The notes below the pieces were generated by a model, which saw only the letters and a list, made by a program, of their open reading frames with translations, had not been told where the DNA came from and ran no database searches. The translations under genes and the position numbers were made by a program. A stretch of 34,899 nucleotides of DNA from an uncultured Actinomycetota bacterium. Its GTDB lineage: Bacteria; Actinomycetota; Nitriliruptoria; Nitriliruptorales; JAHWKO01. Location of the stretch: positions 1 to 34,899 of the forward strand of contig CAZADJ010000001.1 in the NCBI GenBank assembly GCA_964483845.1. The letters run 5' to 3'. Below are positions 9,751-18,675 of this stretch, piece after piece. Every line of letters begins with the position of its first letter. Position 1 is the stretch's first letter.

Positions 9751-10143
9751 CTACGCCACGACCCCGCGGATCTCCCCGGCTGTCTCGGCACCGGTCCCGG
9801 CGACGCGGTTGTGCTCGTCGACGAAGACGACGGTCGGTTCGTGGTCGCGGGCCTCGGCGTCCTCGAGCTCCGCGTAGGAGATGATGATCACCCTGTCCCC
9901 GGGGTGCACGAGCCGCGCCGCTGCCCCGTTCAGGCCTATCGCGCCGGAGCCGGCCTCGCCGGGGATCACGTAGGTATCGAGGCGTGCGCCGTTGTCGATG
10001 TCGACGACCTGCACCCGCTCGCTGGGCAGCAGGTCCGCCACGTCCATCAGGTCGGCGTCGATCGTGATCGAGCCGACGTAGTGGAGATCGGCCTCGGTGA
10101 CCGTGGCACGGTGGATCTTGGACTTCATCATGGTGCGTCGCAT
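9751..10143 (-). CDS. panD: Aspartate 1-decarboxylase proenzyme
   Basis: [29 protein letters not shown] contains the Gly-Ser self-processing site. ATG 10143 has GGGAG 5 nt upstream. Confidence 0.95.
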   Translation of the reverse strand: MRRTMMKSKIHRATVTEADLHYVGSITIDADLMDVADLLPSERVQVVDIDNGARLDTYVIPGEAGSGAIGLNGAAARLVHPGDRVIIISYAELEDAEARDHEPTVVFVDEHNRVAGTGAETAGEIRGVVA

Positions 10144-10230
10144 CGCTGCTCCCGTGTCGTCCACGTCCGGCGATGACCGCCGGTGCGTGGTTCCAACCGG
10201 TCCTTCGCGTCGCGGGCGGGGGGTCCCGCT

Positions 10231-11229
10231 TCAGCCCGTCGCGTCGAGCAGGCGCTGCTCGTCCGCAGCGTCGCCCACGACGACGTTGTCGATGAGCCGT
10301 GCCGACCCGACGTGTGCCGCGACCGCGACCAGCAACTCGCGCTCCTCCCCGCCCCTGGCCGCTGCCGCGTCACGTTCCGCGGCCGGCGTGTGGTCGGGGG
10401 GACCGAGCGTCTCGGGGTCGACGACCTCGACGTAGTCGATCCGCACACGTGGCTCACGCTCGAGGGTAGCGGTCGCGGCGTCCCGGAGCACCTCCGCCTC
10501 CACCGGCCGACCGGCCTCGCGGCTCGCCCTCGCCCGCCGCACCGCCGCGGACAGCGCCCGTGACAACGACCGCGCCGCGACGCGGTCCGGCTCGTCGAGG
10601 TAGGCGTTGCGGGAGCTCGTCGCGACGCCGTCCGGTTCACGCACGGTGGGGACGGCGACCAGCTCGACGTCGACGTCCAGGTCGGCGACCATGCGGCGCA
10701 GCACCTGCAGCTGCTGGAAGTCCTTGCGACCGAAGTAGGCGACGTCGGGGTCGACCTGGTTCAGGAGCTTGGTGACCACGGTGCAGACGCCGTCGAAGTG
10801 CCCCGGGCGCGAGGCCCCACACAGCCGCTCGGTCAGCCCGCTGACCGACACGGACGTCGCCAGGTCGGCCCCGTGCTCGGGATCCCAGCGCGGGTACACC
10901 TCACGCACGGTCGGCGCGTAGACCACGGCGGGCGTCGCCGTCCCGAGGGCGGTCAGCGCCCGCTCGTCGGCGTCGAGGTCCCGCGGGTAGGAACCGAAGT
11001 CCTCGTCGGGACCGAACTGGGTCGGGTTGACGAAGATGGAGACGACGACGAACTCCCCGGCTCCCGGGGCGTCACCCGCGGCCCCGTCGCCACCCGCCGC
11101 CGCCCGCACGAGGGCGACGTGGCCGCCGTGCAGGGCCCCCATCGTCGGGACGAGAGCGATCCGCTGTCCCCTCGCGCGCGCGGCGGAGACCGCCGCGCGG
11201 ACCCCCGCGACGGTCGTGATGCGGTCCAC
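10231..11229 (-). CDS. panC: Pantoate--beta-alanine ligase
   Basis: ORF 10231..11457. Motifs PTMGALHGGH, FGRKDFQQ and SSRN are present. Start set to GTG 11229, preceded by GGGAGGAG. The upstream part of the ORF is Arg/Ser-rich junk. Confidence 0.93.
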   Translation of the reverse strand: MDRITTVAGVRAAVSAARARGQRIALVPTMGALHGGHVALVRAAAGGDGAAGDAPGAGEFVVVSIFVNPTQFGPDEDFGSYPRDLDADERALTALGTATPAVVYAPTVREVYPRWDPEHGADLATSVSVSGLTERLCGASRPGHFDGVCTVVTKLLNQVDPDVAYFGRKDFQQLQVLRRMVADLDVDVELVAVPTVREPDGVATSSRNAYLDEPDRVAARSLSRALSAAVRRARASREAGRPVEAEVLRDAATATLEREPRVRIDYVEVVDPETLGPPDHTPAAERDAAAARGGEERELLVAVAAHVGSARLIDNVVVGDAADEQRLLDATG

Positions 11230-11263
11230 GGTCGGCTCCTCCCGTCCGTCGGTCCGGATCCGG

Positions 11264-12397
11264 CTACAGGTCCCAGTGCTCGGCCTGGGCCGCCCGGGCA
11301 CGCGCGATCGCCCGCTCCTGGTCCGCACGGAGCTCGACCATCGCCTGGGCGAGCTCGCTGCCACCCGTGAGCGGATCGTCGACCTCGGTGCGCACCCCCA
11401 CGAGCGCCTCGACCACCGCGAGCGTGCAGAACGGTGCGTACCCGGCCGAGTACCCACCCTCGTTCAGCACCACGAGGCAGCCCTCGCAGACCTCGTCGGC
11501 GAGCTCACGCGTGGCCGTCGCGACGGTGCGGAACCCGTCGGCGGTCACGATCATCCGCCCGAGCGGGTCCATCATGCTCGCGTCCTGTCCCGCAGCCGCG
11601 ACGATCAGCTCCGGCGCGAAGGCACGGACGACCGGGCCGATCAGCTCGGTGAACGCGAGCTCGTACCCACGGTCACCCGTGCCGGGCGGCAGCGGGATGT
11701 TCACGGTCCGTCCCTCAGCTCCCGCACCGCCGACCTCGTCGACGGCGCCGGAGCCCGCGGGGAACCAGTTCTCCTGGTGGATGGAGATGAACAGCACATC
11801 CGGGTCGTCCCAGAAGACGTCCTGGATCCCGTTGCCGTGGTGGACGTCCCAGTCGACGATCGCGACGCGCCCGACGCCACGCCGCCGGCGTGCGTGGCGG
11901 ACGGCGATCGCGACGTTGTTGAACACGCAGAACCCCATGCCCCGGTCGGGACCGGCGTGGTGGCCGGGAGGTCGCAGGAGACCGAACCCGTTGCGGATCG
12001 CGCCGTCCACGACGTCGTCGACGAGGCTGATGGACGCCCCAACGGCGACGAGCGCCGCATCCCACGTCCCGGGGACCACCGGCGTGGAGCGGTCGAGCTG
12101 CCCCCCGCCCCGCTCGGTCAGCTCGCGGACGCGGCGGATGTAGCCGTCATCGTGGACGAGGCCCAGGTCGTCGGTCCCCGCGACCTTCGGAGCGAGGTCC
12201 ACGAGGTCGTTCACCAGTCCCGAGTTCTCGATCAGCTGCGCCGTGCGGCGGACGATCCGCAGGCTGGAGGGATGCGGCTCCGGGTCCATCAGCTCACCGG
12301 TCGGCAGCCGGTACTGGTCCACCCCGGTGTCGTGGAGGAGGAACCGCCGGTCGTAGACGTAGCCGGTGCGGGTCGGCCGCCCGTGAGCGGCGCTCAC
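11264..12397 (-). CDS. Histone-deacetylase-family Zn amidohydrolase (AcuC / acetylpolyamine amidohydrolase-like)
   Basis: The complete catalytic signature is present: PPGHHA (His-His), DWDVHHGNG (Asp/His metal ligands), AAGQDA, EGGY (catalytic Tyr). GTG 12397 forms a GTGA overlap with the upstream DUF2520 stop. The stop lies 34 nt before the panC start. Confidence 0.88.
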   Translation of the reverse strand: MSAAHGRPTRTGYVYDRRFLLHDTGVDQYRLPTGELMDPEPHPSSLRIVRRTAQLIENSGLVNDLVDLAPKVAGTDDLGLVHDDGYIRRVRELTERGGGQLDRSTPVVPGTWDAALVAVGASISLVDDVVDGAIRNGFGLLRPPGHHAGPDRGMGFCVFNNVAIAVRHARRRRGVGRVAIVDWDVHHGNGIQDVFWDDPDVLFISIHQENWFPAGSGAVDEVGGAGAEGRTVNIPLPPGTGDRGYELAFTELIGPVVRAFAPELIVAAAGQDASMMDPLGRMIVTADGFRTVATATRELADEVCEGCLVVLNEGGYSAGYAPFCTLAVVEALVGVRTEVDDPLTGGSELAQAMVELRADQERAIARARAAQAEHWDL

Positions 12398-13293
12398 CGG
12401 TCCGCATCTCCACCGCCGAGAGCGTCCCGGACCGCGCGGCGACGGTCGTCGTCGAGCGCGGGACCGACCTGCGTCAGGATCGCCCGCGACAGCAGCCGGT
12501 ACGCGGCGGCGAGCCCCGGGGCGTCCCGGTCCAGCCCGTCGATGTGCGCACGGATGGTCCCGACGTCCCCCCGACGGACCGGACCGGTGATGGCCTCGGC
12601 ACCGGCGTCGAGGACGTTGGCGGCGCTGGTCCGCACGAGCGGCGACAGGAACGCCCCCGGGTCGTCCACGCGCGCCGCCAGGAGCAGCCGTCGCGCGACC
12701 GCGACCGCGGCTGCGACGGCGTTCGACCCGATCGTCAGCGCGGCGTGGTAGGTCACCCGGTCGTCCTCGTCGACGTCGTGGGGGCTACCCCCCAGCTGCC
12801 ACACCAGATCGTGGGCCCATCCGCGGTCGGTCCGATCGGCGGTCACCGCCCAGGCCGCGCCGTCCAGCACCTCCGGGTCCGCGCCCGGGTCGGGGACGGT
12901 CTGTGCCGGGTGGCAGGCGGCCGCCCGGGCACCGCTCAACCGGACCCGCCGCAGCGCCGCGAGCCCCGCCCGGCCGCTGACGTGGACCACCCGCTGGCGC
13001 TCCCGGAGCGCGTCCGCGGCGGCGAGCCGGTCGGCGACCTCCTCGAGGCGGTCGTCGGGAGGTGCCAGCACGACGAGATCGGCGTCGCGTGCCGCCTCCG
13101 CCGGGTCCGGGGTGGTGCGTGCCCCGGCGAAGCGCGCCGCGAAGCGCTCGCGTGACGACTCGCCGCCCCCGCCAGCCGCCACGACGCGGTGACCGGCTCG
13201 CGCGAGCCCCGCGGCGAGCACGGTGCCCACCCGACCGGGGCCGACGATCGCCACCGTCCCCCGCGGGAGCTCGCGGTCCTCGGACGTGGTCAC
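12394..13293 (-). CDS. Rossmann-fold / DUF2520-type putative NAD(P)-dependent oxidoreductase (Rv3603c-like)
   Basis: N-terminal VAIVGPGRVG is a GxGxxG dinucleotide fold. Ala/Leu-rich C-terminal domain. The position between folK and panC matches the conserved actinobacterial gene. GTG 13293 forms a GTGA overlap with the folK stop. Confidence 0.8.
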   Translation of the reverse strand: MTTSEDRELPRGTVAIVGPGRVGTVLAAGLARAGHRVVAAGGGGESSRERFAARFAGARTTPDPAEAARDADLVVLAPPDDRLEEVADRLAAADALRERQRVVHVSGRAGLAALRRVRLSGARAAACHPAQTVPDPGADPEVLDGAAWAVTADRTDRGWAHDLVWQLGGSPHDVDEDDRVTYHAALTIGSNAVAAAVAVARRLLLAARVDDPGAFLSPLVRTSAANVLDAGAEAITGPVRRGDVGTIRAHIDGLDRDAPGLAAAYRLLSRAILTQVGPALDDDRRRAVRDALGGGDADR

Positions 13294-14027
13294 GACCGAC
13301 CCTCCCCTGATCCGGCCCCCCCGGGTCCGGGTCCCCGCGGTCCGGCCTCCCGGTGACGTCGAGCGGGTCCCGACATCCCCGGTCCGCCCCGGCGCTCCCC
13401 GAGGCGGGGTGACCCGGCACGGGGGCCGGGGGGGCGGCGCTCCAGTGGGTCCGGCGCCCCGGGGCCCCCGACGAGGCGGACGTGGTGCTCCACCCCGCTG
13501 ATCGGTGCGAGCGCCGCCAGTCGCGCGGCGACGCTCGTGCCGTCCGGCAGGCGGGCACCCGGCGGCATCACCTCCGCGAGGGGGACGAGGACGAAGGCGC
13601 GCTCGGTCAGCCGCGGGTGCGGGACGGTGAGCTCCGGCTCGTCGATGTGCTCGTCGTCGTAGAGCAGCAGGTCGATGTCGAGCGGGCGCGGCCCGGAGGG
13701 CCCCTCGCGGGCCCGATCCCGCCCGTGTCGGTCCTCGATCCCCTGCACGACCTCGAGGAGCTCGAGCGGGTCCAGGCGCGTGGTGACGCAGACCGCGCAG
13801 TTGAGGTAGTCGGGCTGCCCGTCAACGTCGCCGTCACCGGGGACGACCGGCTCGGTCTCGTAGACGGAGGAGAGCGCCTCGACCGTCACCTCCTCGGTGG
13901 CGTCCAGGTCGGCGACGGCGTCCCGGATGGTCTCGAGCCGGTCCCCGACGTTGGACCCGAGACCGAGGAAGGCGACACGCTCGCGCCGCAGGATGCGGGG
14001 CAGCCGGAGGGGCCAGCGTCGGGCCAT
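13290..14027 (-). CDS. folK: 6-hydroxymethyl-7,8-dihydropterin pyrophosphokinase (HPPK) with a Gly/Pro/Arg-rich C-terminal tail
   Basis: ORF 13290..14393. Motifs FLGLGSNVGDR, RPLDIDLL, PHPRL and RAFVL are present. ATG 14027 shares one base with the folB TGA (TGATG). 245 aa, of which roughly the last 60 are low complexity. Confidence 0.9.
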   Translation of the reverse strand: MARRWPLRLPRILRRERVAFLGLGSNVGDRLETIRDAVADLDATEEVTVEALSSVYETEPVVPGDGDVDGQPDYLNCAVCVTTRLDPLELLEVVQGIEDRHGRDRAREGPSGPRPLDIDLLLYDDEHIDEPELTVPHPRLTERAFVLVPLAEVMPPGARLPDGTSVAARLAALAPISGVEHHVRLVGGPGAPDPLERRPPGPRAGSPRLGERRGGPGMSGPARRHREAGPRGPGPGGAGSGEGRS

Positions 14028-14383
14028 CACCGCTCCCGGCGGAGCGTCACGGAGACGCCGGCGGCCGCGACCGGCAGCGGCGCGTGGGGCTTCTCGACGG
14101 TGACCTCGACGGCGGACACCCGTTCCTCCTCGAGGACGGCGGCGCAGACGCGGTCGGCGACGGTCTCGAGCAGGTCGTGGGGGCCGCCGGCGGCGACGCT
14201 CGCGACGCGCTCGGCGACGGGACCGTAGTCGACGGTCCGGTCGAGGTCGTCGCTCTCGGCAGCCGCCGCCAGGTCGACCTCCATCGACACGTGGACGAGG
14301 AAGGGCTGGCCGCGCTGCTTCTCGCCCGGGCTCACGCCGTGGCGTGCCCAGACCTCGATGCCGTGCAGGGTGATCCGGTCCAT
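14027..14383 (-). CDS. folB: Dihydroneopterin aldolase
   Basis: MDRITLHGIEVWARHGVSPGEKQRGQPFLVHVSMEVDL... is typical FolB. ATG at 14383. 118 aa. Confidence 0.92.
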   Translation of the reverse strand: MDRITLHGIEVWARHGVSPGEKQRGQPFLVHVSMEVDLAAAAESDDLDRTVDYGPVAERVASVAAGGPHDLLETVADRVCAAVLEEERVSAVEVTVEKPHAPLPVAAAGVSVTLRRER

Positions 14384-14391
14384 CGTCCGAC

Positions 14392-14397
14392 ATGGTA
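14392..14397 (-). promoter_or_regulatory. Candidate -10 hexamer (TACCAT) that would give a leaderless or near-leaderless folB transcript
   Basis: TACCAT (TANNNT) ends 8 nt before the folB ATG. No Shine-Dalgarno lies in between. No clear -35. Motif only. Confidence 0.2.
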
Positions 14398-14453
14398 GGC
14401 GCCCCGCCCCTCGCCCGACCCCTGGGGAGGGCGTCCGACGCCGGCCGCGGAGG

Positions 14454-15605
14454 CTAGCGGTCGCCCCCGACCGGCTCGCCGTCGGCGATCGCCCGCGCGA
14501 CGCGCACCGCCGCGACCGTCTCGGCAACGTCGTGGACCCGGACGAGCGCGGCGCCGCGCGCGGTGGACATCGCAGCCGCTGCGATCGAGCCGGGCAGCCG
14601 GTCGTCGGCCTCCGTCCCGGCGCCGACCCGGCCGATGAACGACTTGCGCGACGCCCCGACCAGGACGGGGCGACCGAGGGAGGTGAGGTCACGCAGATCA
14701 CGCAGGAGGGTCAGGTTGTGACCGACGGTCTTGCCGAAGCCGATCCCCGGATCGACGACGATGCCGTCCGGGTCGATACCCGCCGCGACGGCGCGCTCGA
14801 CCCCGAGGACGAGGTGTTCGAAGACCTCGGCGACGACGTCGTCGTAGCGGGGATCGTCCTGCATCGTCTCGGGGGACCCCCGCATGTGCATGACGACGAA
14901 CCCGACGCCACGGTCGGCGACGGCGTCGAGCATCTCGGGGTCGTGCTCCCCACCGGACACGTCGTTGACCAACACGGCGCCGACGTCGACCGCCGCAGCT
15001 GCGACGGCCGCCTTGCGCGTGTCGACCGAGACCAGCGCACCACCCTCCGCGAGCGCCTCGACGACGGGGACGACCCGACCGGACTCCTCGTCCACGCCGA
15101 CGGGCTCCGCTCCCGGGCGGGTCGACTCGCCGCCCACGTCCACGATGTCGGCCCCGGCGGCGACCAGCGCGCGACCGCGCTCGACGGCCAGGTCGGGGTG
15201 CGTTCCGGGGTCGTAGTAGCGGCCCCCGTCGGAGAACGAGTCCGGCGTGACGTTGAGCACGCCCACGACCAACGTCCGCGAGGAGCACGGCAGCGGCTCG
15301 TCCGCCAGTTCGAGGTCGGGCGGCGGCTCCCTCCACGCCCCCAGGGCGGCCGACAGGGCCGCCTCGAGCGCCTCGGCGACCTCCCGACCGTGCGCCCGTC
15401 CTGCGGCGTCCACGAGGCGCGACGGGGTGGTGACCACCGTCAGCCGGCCGTCGGCGATGCTCGCGCGCCCCCCGGCGGCGGCGAGCGCGTCGCCGACCTC
15501 GTCCGGTGACTGGAGGCGCGAGACCGTCACCCGGACCGGCCCCTCGTCGGCGATCAGCGACGCGTCCGAGACACGCACGATCGGATCACGTCCGACCTCG
15601 GTCAC
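14454..15605 (-). CDS. folP: Dihydropteroate synthase with a ~110-aa N-terminal extension
   Basis: ORF 14454..15734. DHPS motifs are present ([39 protein letters not shown]). Start set to GTG 15605, forming a GTGA overlap with the folE stop. The 110 codons before the DHPS core have high GC3 and so appear coding. Confidence 0.9.
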   Translation of the reverse strand: MTEVGRDPIVRVSDASLIADEGPVRVTVSRLQSPDEVGDALAAAGGRASIADGRLTVVTTPSRLVDAAGRAHGREVAEALEAALSAALGAWREPPPDLELADEPLPCSSRTLVVGVLNVTPDSFSDGGRYYDPGTHPDLAVERGRALVAAGADIVDVGGESTRPGAEPVGVDEESGRVVPVVEALAEGGALVSVDTRKAAVAAAAVDVGAVLVNDVSGGEHDPEMLDAVADRGVGFVVMHMRGSPETMQDDPRYDDVVAEVFEHLVLGVERAVAAGIDPDGIVVDPGIGFGKTVGHNLTLLRDLRDLTSLGRPVLVGASRKSFIGRVGAGTEADDRLPGSIAAAAMSTARGAALVRVHDVAETVAAVRVARAIADGEPVGGDR

Positions 15606-16276
15606 CGCATCCCCTCCCCGTGGATCAGCGCCATCGCCTCCGCGCGGGTCCGTGGGTCGGTGCGGAAGTTGCCGCGCACCGCACTCGTCACGGTCTGTGA
15701 GCCGGGGAGGCGCACCCCGCGCATGTCCATGCACAGGTGGCGGGCCTCGACGACGACGAGCACACCGCGCGGCTCGAGGACGTCCTCGATGGTGTCGGCG
15801 ATCACCGTGGTCATGCGCTCCTGCACGTTCGGCCGCTTCGCGACGACGTCGACGAGCCTCGCCAGTTTCGACAGGCCGGTGATCTGGCCGCGCTCGTTGG
15901 GGATGTACGCGACGTGCGCCCGGCCGTGGAAGGGCAGCAGGTGGTGCTCGCAGAGCGAGTGGAACGGGATGTCGCGCACCATCACCATCTCGTCGTGCCC
16001 GTCCTCCTCGAACACGACGGTGAGGACGTCGCGCGGATCGATCAGGAGGCCCGCGAAGATCTCGTCGTACTCACGCGCGACCCGGTGTGGCGTCTCGCGG
16101 AGCCCCTCCCGGTCGGGGTTCTCACCGATCGCCTCGAAGATGAGGCGGACCGCCTGGGCGATCTTGTCGTGGTCGAACACCGCACCCGGCTCCACGCCGG
16201 TCAGGTGGCGCACCCGCTCACGGGAGCGTGGACCGTTCACCGGATCCCCGGCCGGCGGCGTTCCTCCAGCACTCAC
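15602..16276 (-). CDS. folE: GTP cyclohydrolase I
   Basis: Motifs [24 protein letters not shown] and EARHLCM are present. The start is uncertain. GTG 16276 has GGGGAG 7 nt upstream. TTG 16291, GTG 16240 and GTG 16213 are alternatives, and the first ~18 codons have reduced GC3. Confidence 0.9.
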   Translation of the reverse strand: MSAGGTPPAGDPVNGPRSRERVRHLTGVEPGAVFDHDKIAQAVRLIFEAIGENPDREGLRETPHRVAREYDEIFAGLLIDPRDVLTVVFEEDGHDEMVMVRDIPFHSLCEHHLLPFHGRAHVAYIPNERGQITGLSKLARLVDVVAKRPNVQERMTTVIADTIEDVLEPRGVLVVVEARHLCMDMRGVRLPGSQTVTSAVRGNFRTDPRTRAEAMALIHGEGMR

Positions 16277-16297
16277 GTCACGGCTCCCCAACGCCGG

Positions 16298-18328
16298 CTA
16301 CGACGACCGCTTGGTGCTGCGGCTCCGCGACGCGCTCTTCGAGCCGGCCCCGCGCTTGGCGCGCCCGTCCTGCTTCGCGCCGTTGCCACCCTGGCCGTTC
16401 GTGGTCCGCTCGAGCCGTCGCAGCTTCTCGACGACCGCCGTCGGGCTCTCGTCCACCGGCGCGGGTACCGCCCGGGACTCGCGCTTCTTGATGTCGGCGA
16501 AGATCTCCATCAGCTCGTCGTTGTCGATCGTCTCCGCGTCCAGCAGGCGCTGCGCGGTGCGCTCGAGGACCCCGTCGTTCTCGACGAGGATCTCCAACGC
16601 CTCGTCGTGCGCCTCGTCGATCAACCGGCGCACCTCACGGTCGATCTCGACGGCGATCTCCCCCGAGTAGTCCTGGTGCGTGCCGATGTCGCGGCCGAGG
16701 AACGGCTGCGACTCCTTCTGCCCGAGGGTCATCGGACCGAGCTTCTCGCTCATGCCGTACTGCGTCACCATCTCCCGGGCCGTCGCGGTGGCGCGCTTGA
16801 TGTCGTCGCCGGCCCCGGTGGTGATGTCGCCGACCTTGAGCTCCTCGGCGACCCGGCCGCCGAGCATCACCGCGAGCCGGTCGATCAGCGCAGCACGGGC
16901 GATGAGGTAGCGGTCCTCGGTCGGCAGCTGCATCGTGAAGCCGAGCGCCTGGCCGCGCGGGATGATGGAGATCTTGTGCACCGGGTCCGCGTTCGGCAGC
17001 GCGTGGCCGACGATGGCGTGGCCCCCCTCGTGGTAGGCGACGATCGTCTTCTCCTCGTCGGACATGAGCCGGGTGCGCCGCTCGGGGCCGGCGACGACGC
17101 GCTCGATGGCCTCCTCGAGCTCGTCCATCGTCACCTCGTCCTTGCCGAACCGCGCGGCGAGCAGGGCCGCTTCGTTCACGAGGTTCGCCAGGTCCGCGCC
17201 GGTCATCCCGGGGGTCTGGCGGGCGAGCACGTCGACGTCCACGTCGTCGGCGAGCGGCTTGCCGCGCGTGTGGACCTTCAGGATGGCCTTGCGCCCGAGG
17301 AGGTCGGGCCGGTCGACCACGATCTGCCGGTCGAAGCGCCCGGGGCGCAGCAGGGCCGGATCGAGGATGTCCGGGCGGTTGGACGCGGCGATGAGGATGA
17401 CCCCGGCGCGCATGTCGAAGCCATCCATCTCGACGAGCAGCTGGTTCAGGGTCTGCTCGCGCTCGTCGTGCCCCCCACCGAGGCCGGCGCCCCGGTGACG
17501 GCCGACCGCGTCGATCTCGTCCATGAATATGATCGACGGGGCGTTGGCCTTGGCCTGCTCGAACAGGTCCCGCACGCGGCTCGCCCCGACCCCGACGAAC
17601 ATCTCGACGAAGTCGGACCCGGAGATGGAGAAGAAGGGGACCCCGGCCTCACCGGCGACGGCACGGGCGAGCAGGGTCTTGCCCGTGCCGGGCGGCCCGT
17701 ACAGCAGCACGCCCTTCGGGATCTTGGCGCCGATCGCCTGGAACTTCTGCGGGTTCTCGAGGAACTCCTTGATCTCGCGCAGCTCCTCGACCGCCTCGTC
17801 CGCCCCGGCGACGTCGGCGAAGGTGACCTTCGGCTGATCCTTGGAGACCTGCTTCGCCTTCGCCTTGCCGAACTGCATCACCCGGCCGCCACCACCCTGC
17901 ATCTGGGTGAGCAACCAGAAGAACAGGATGAAGATCAGGACGAACGGCAGCATCGAGAAGAGGAAGCTGAGCATCGCCGAGGTCTGCTCGGGGTCGACGC
18001 TGACCTCGCGGATGTCCTGCTCGTCGACGATGCGCGCGATGCGCTCCCCGAGGATGTCGGGGTCGTAGGTGGTCTCGTACTCGACGGTCTGGCCGTCGCG
18101 GCGCATCTCGCCAGCGAGCACCCGGGACTGCGAGCGGATCTCGACGGTCTCGACCTGGTTGGAGACCGCTGCGCGCTCCCACTCGTGGTAGTCGACGTCC
18201 TCGGGTCCCGCTGCCCGGTTCACCATCGTCACGGTGGCGTACAGGGCGATCAGCAGGACCAGGATCCAGAGGAACGGCCCTCGGAAGAGCCGCTGGAGGT
18301 CGAACTGTCTGTCGTTGCGATCGCTCAC
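16298..18328 (-). CDS. ftsH: ATP-dependent zinc metalloprotease FtsH
   Basis: ORF 16298..18403. Walker A GPPGTGKT, the SRH region and zinc site HEGGHA are present, with two N-terminal TM helices. Start set to GVG-free GTG 18328: 9 of the 24 codons between ATG 18403 and this GTG end in A/T, versus 3 of the next 37. Confidence 0.95.
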   Translation of the reverse strand: MSDRNDRQFDLQRLFRGPFLWILVLLIALYATVTMVNRAAGPEDVDYHEWERAAVSNQVETVEIRSQSRVLAGEMRRDGQTVEYETTYDPDILGERIARIVDEQDIREVSVDPEQTSAMLSFLFSMLPFVLIFILFFWLLTQMQGGGGRVMQFGKAKAKQVSKDQPKVTFADVAGADEAVEELREIKEFLENPQKFQAIGAKIPKGVLLYGPPGTGKTLLARAVAGEAGVPFFSISGSDFVEMFVGVGASRVRDLFEQAKANAPSIIFMDEIDAVGRHRGAGLGGGHDEREQTLNQLLVEMDGFDMRAGVILIAASNRPDILDPALLRPGRFDRQIVVDRPDLLGRKAILKVHTRGKPLADDVDVDVLARQTPGMTGADLANLVNEAALLAARFGKDEVTMDELEEAIERVVAGPERRTRLMSDEEKTIVAYHEGGHAIVGHALPNADPVHKISIIPRGQALGFTMQLPTEDRYLIARAALIDRLAVMLGGRVAEELKVGDITTGAGDDIKRATATAREMVTQYGMSEKLGPMTLGQKESQPFLGRDIGTHQDYSGEIAVEIDREVRRLIDEAHDEALEILVENDGVLERTAQRLLDAETIDNDELMEIFADIKKRESRAVPAPVDESPTAVVEKLRRLERTTNGQGGNGAKQDGRAKRGAGSKSASRSRSTKRSS

Positions 18329-18422
18329 GGTAAGAGATCCGCCCGTCTCGGGGGTCCGACCGGGTCCGCGACGGTGCCGACATCGGGAGAGGGCACGGTC
18401 CATCGAGCCCGCACGGACCCCG

Positions 18423-18431
18423 ATGCTACCA
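18423..18431 (-). promoter_or_regulatory. Candidate extended -10 (TGGTAGCAT) for ftsH
   Basis: Minus strand reads ggTGgTAGCAT. It lies downstream of the hairpin repeats and ~95 nt upstream of GTG 18328. No clear -35. Motif only. Confidence 0.25.
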
Positions 18432-18498
18432 CCGGGTGGTCGATGACGGCCGTGAGCGGGCCAGCACCGGGTCGCCCCCGCCCTGGGCCGCTACGGGG

Positions 18499-18621
18499 AC
18501 CCTGTGGACGTCCGTGCGGACCATCCCGCGCGAACGTCCACAGCGCACCCCCACCCCGACCTCCCGGCCGAACCCTGTGGACGTCCGTGCGGACCATCCC
18601 GCGCGAACGTCCACAGCGCAC
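18499..18621. repeat. Tandem pair of identical 50-nt compound-hairpin elements (period 73 nt) between hpt and ftsH
   Basis: 18499-18548 and 18572-18621 are 50/50 identical (accctgtggacgtccgtgcggaccatcccgcgcgaacgtccacagcgcac). Each has a perfect 10-bp inverted repeat CTGTGGACGT/ACGTCCACAG around 22 nt. That 22-nt stretch contains an inner 6-bp stem GTGCGG/CCGCGC. The spacers are only loosely similar and C-rich. Confidence 0.9.
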
Positions 18622-18675
18622 GCGCGGCCGGGCGCTCCCTGGTGGCGGGGCCCGCCCCCCACCCCGCGGGAGCGA

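Noticed and set aside
14028-14393. Long N-terminal extensions of track ORFs (folK to 14393, folP to 15734, panC to 11457, holB to 30231, add to 25838, permease to 27246, FkbM to 24559)
   Set aside because: Each extension overlaps the upstream gene in another frame and is Arg/Pro/Gly-rich. Internal starts coincide with family-typical N-termini and/or SD sequences or stop/start overlaps.
18329-18403. ATG 18403 as the ftsH start
   Set aside because: Nine of the 24 intervening codons end in A/T, versus 3 of the next 37. GTG 18328 places the start ~17 aa before the first TM helix, as in other FtsH proteins. 18403 remains a possible alternative.
18499-18621. Possible CRISPR array (also considered for 27813-27935)
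   Set aside because: There are only two repeats per locus. The repeat (50 nt) is longer than the 'spacer' (21-23 nt), the spacers are partly similar to each other, and there are no cas genes. This is not CRISPR-like.
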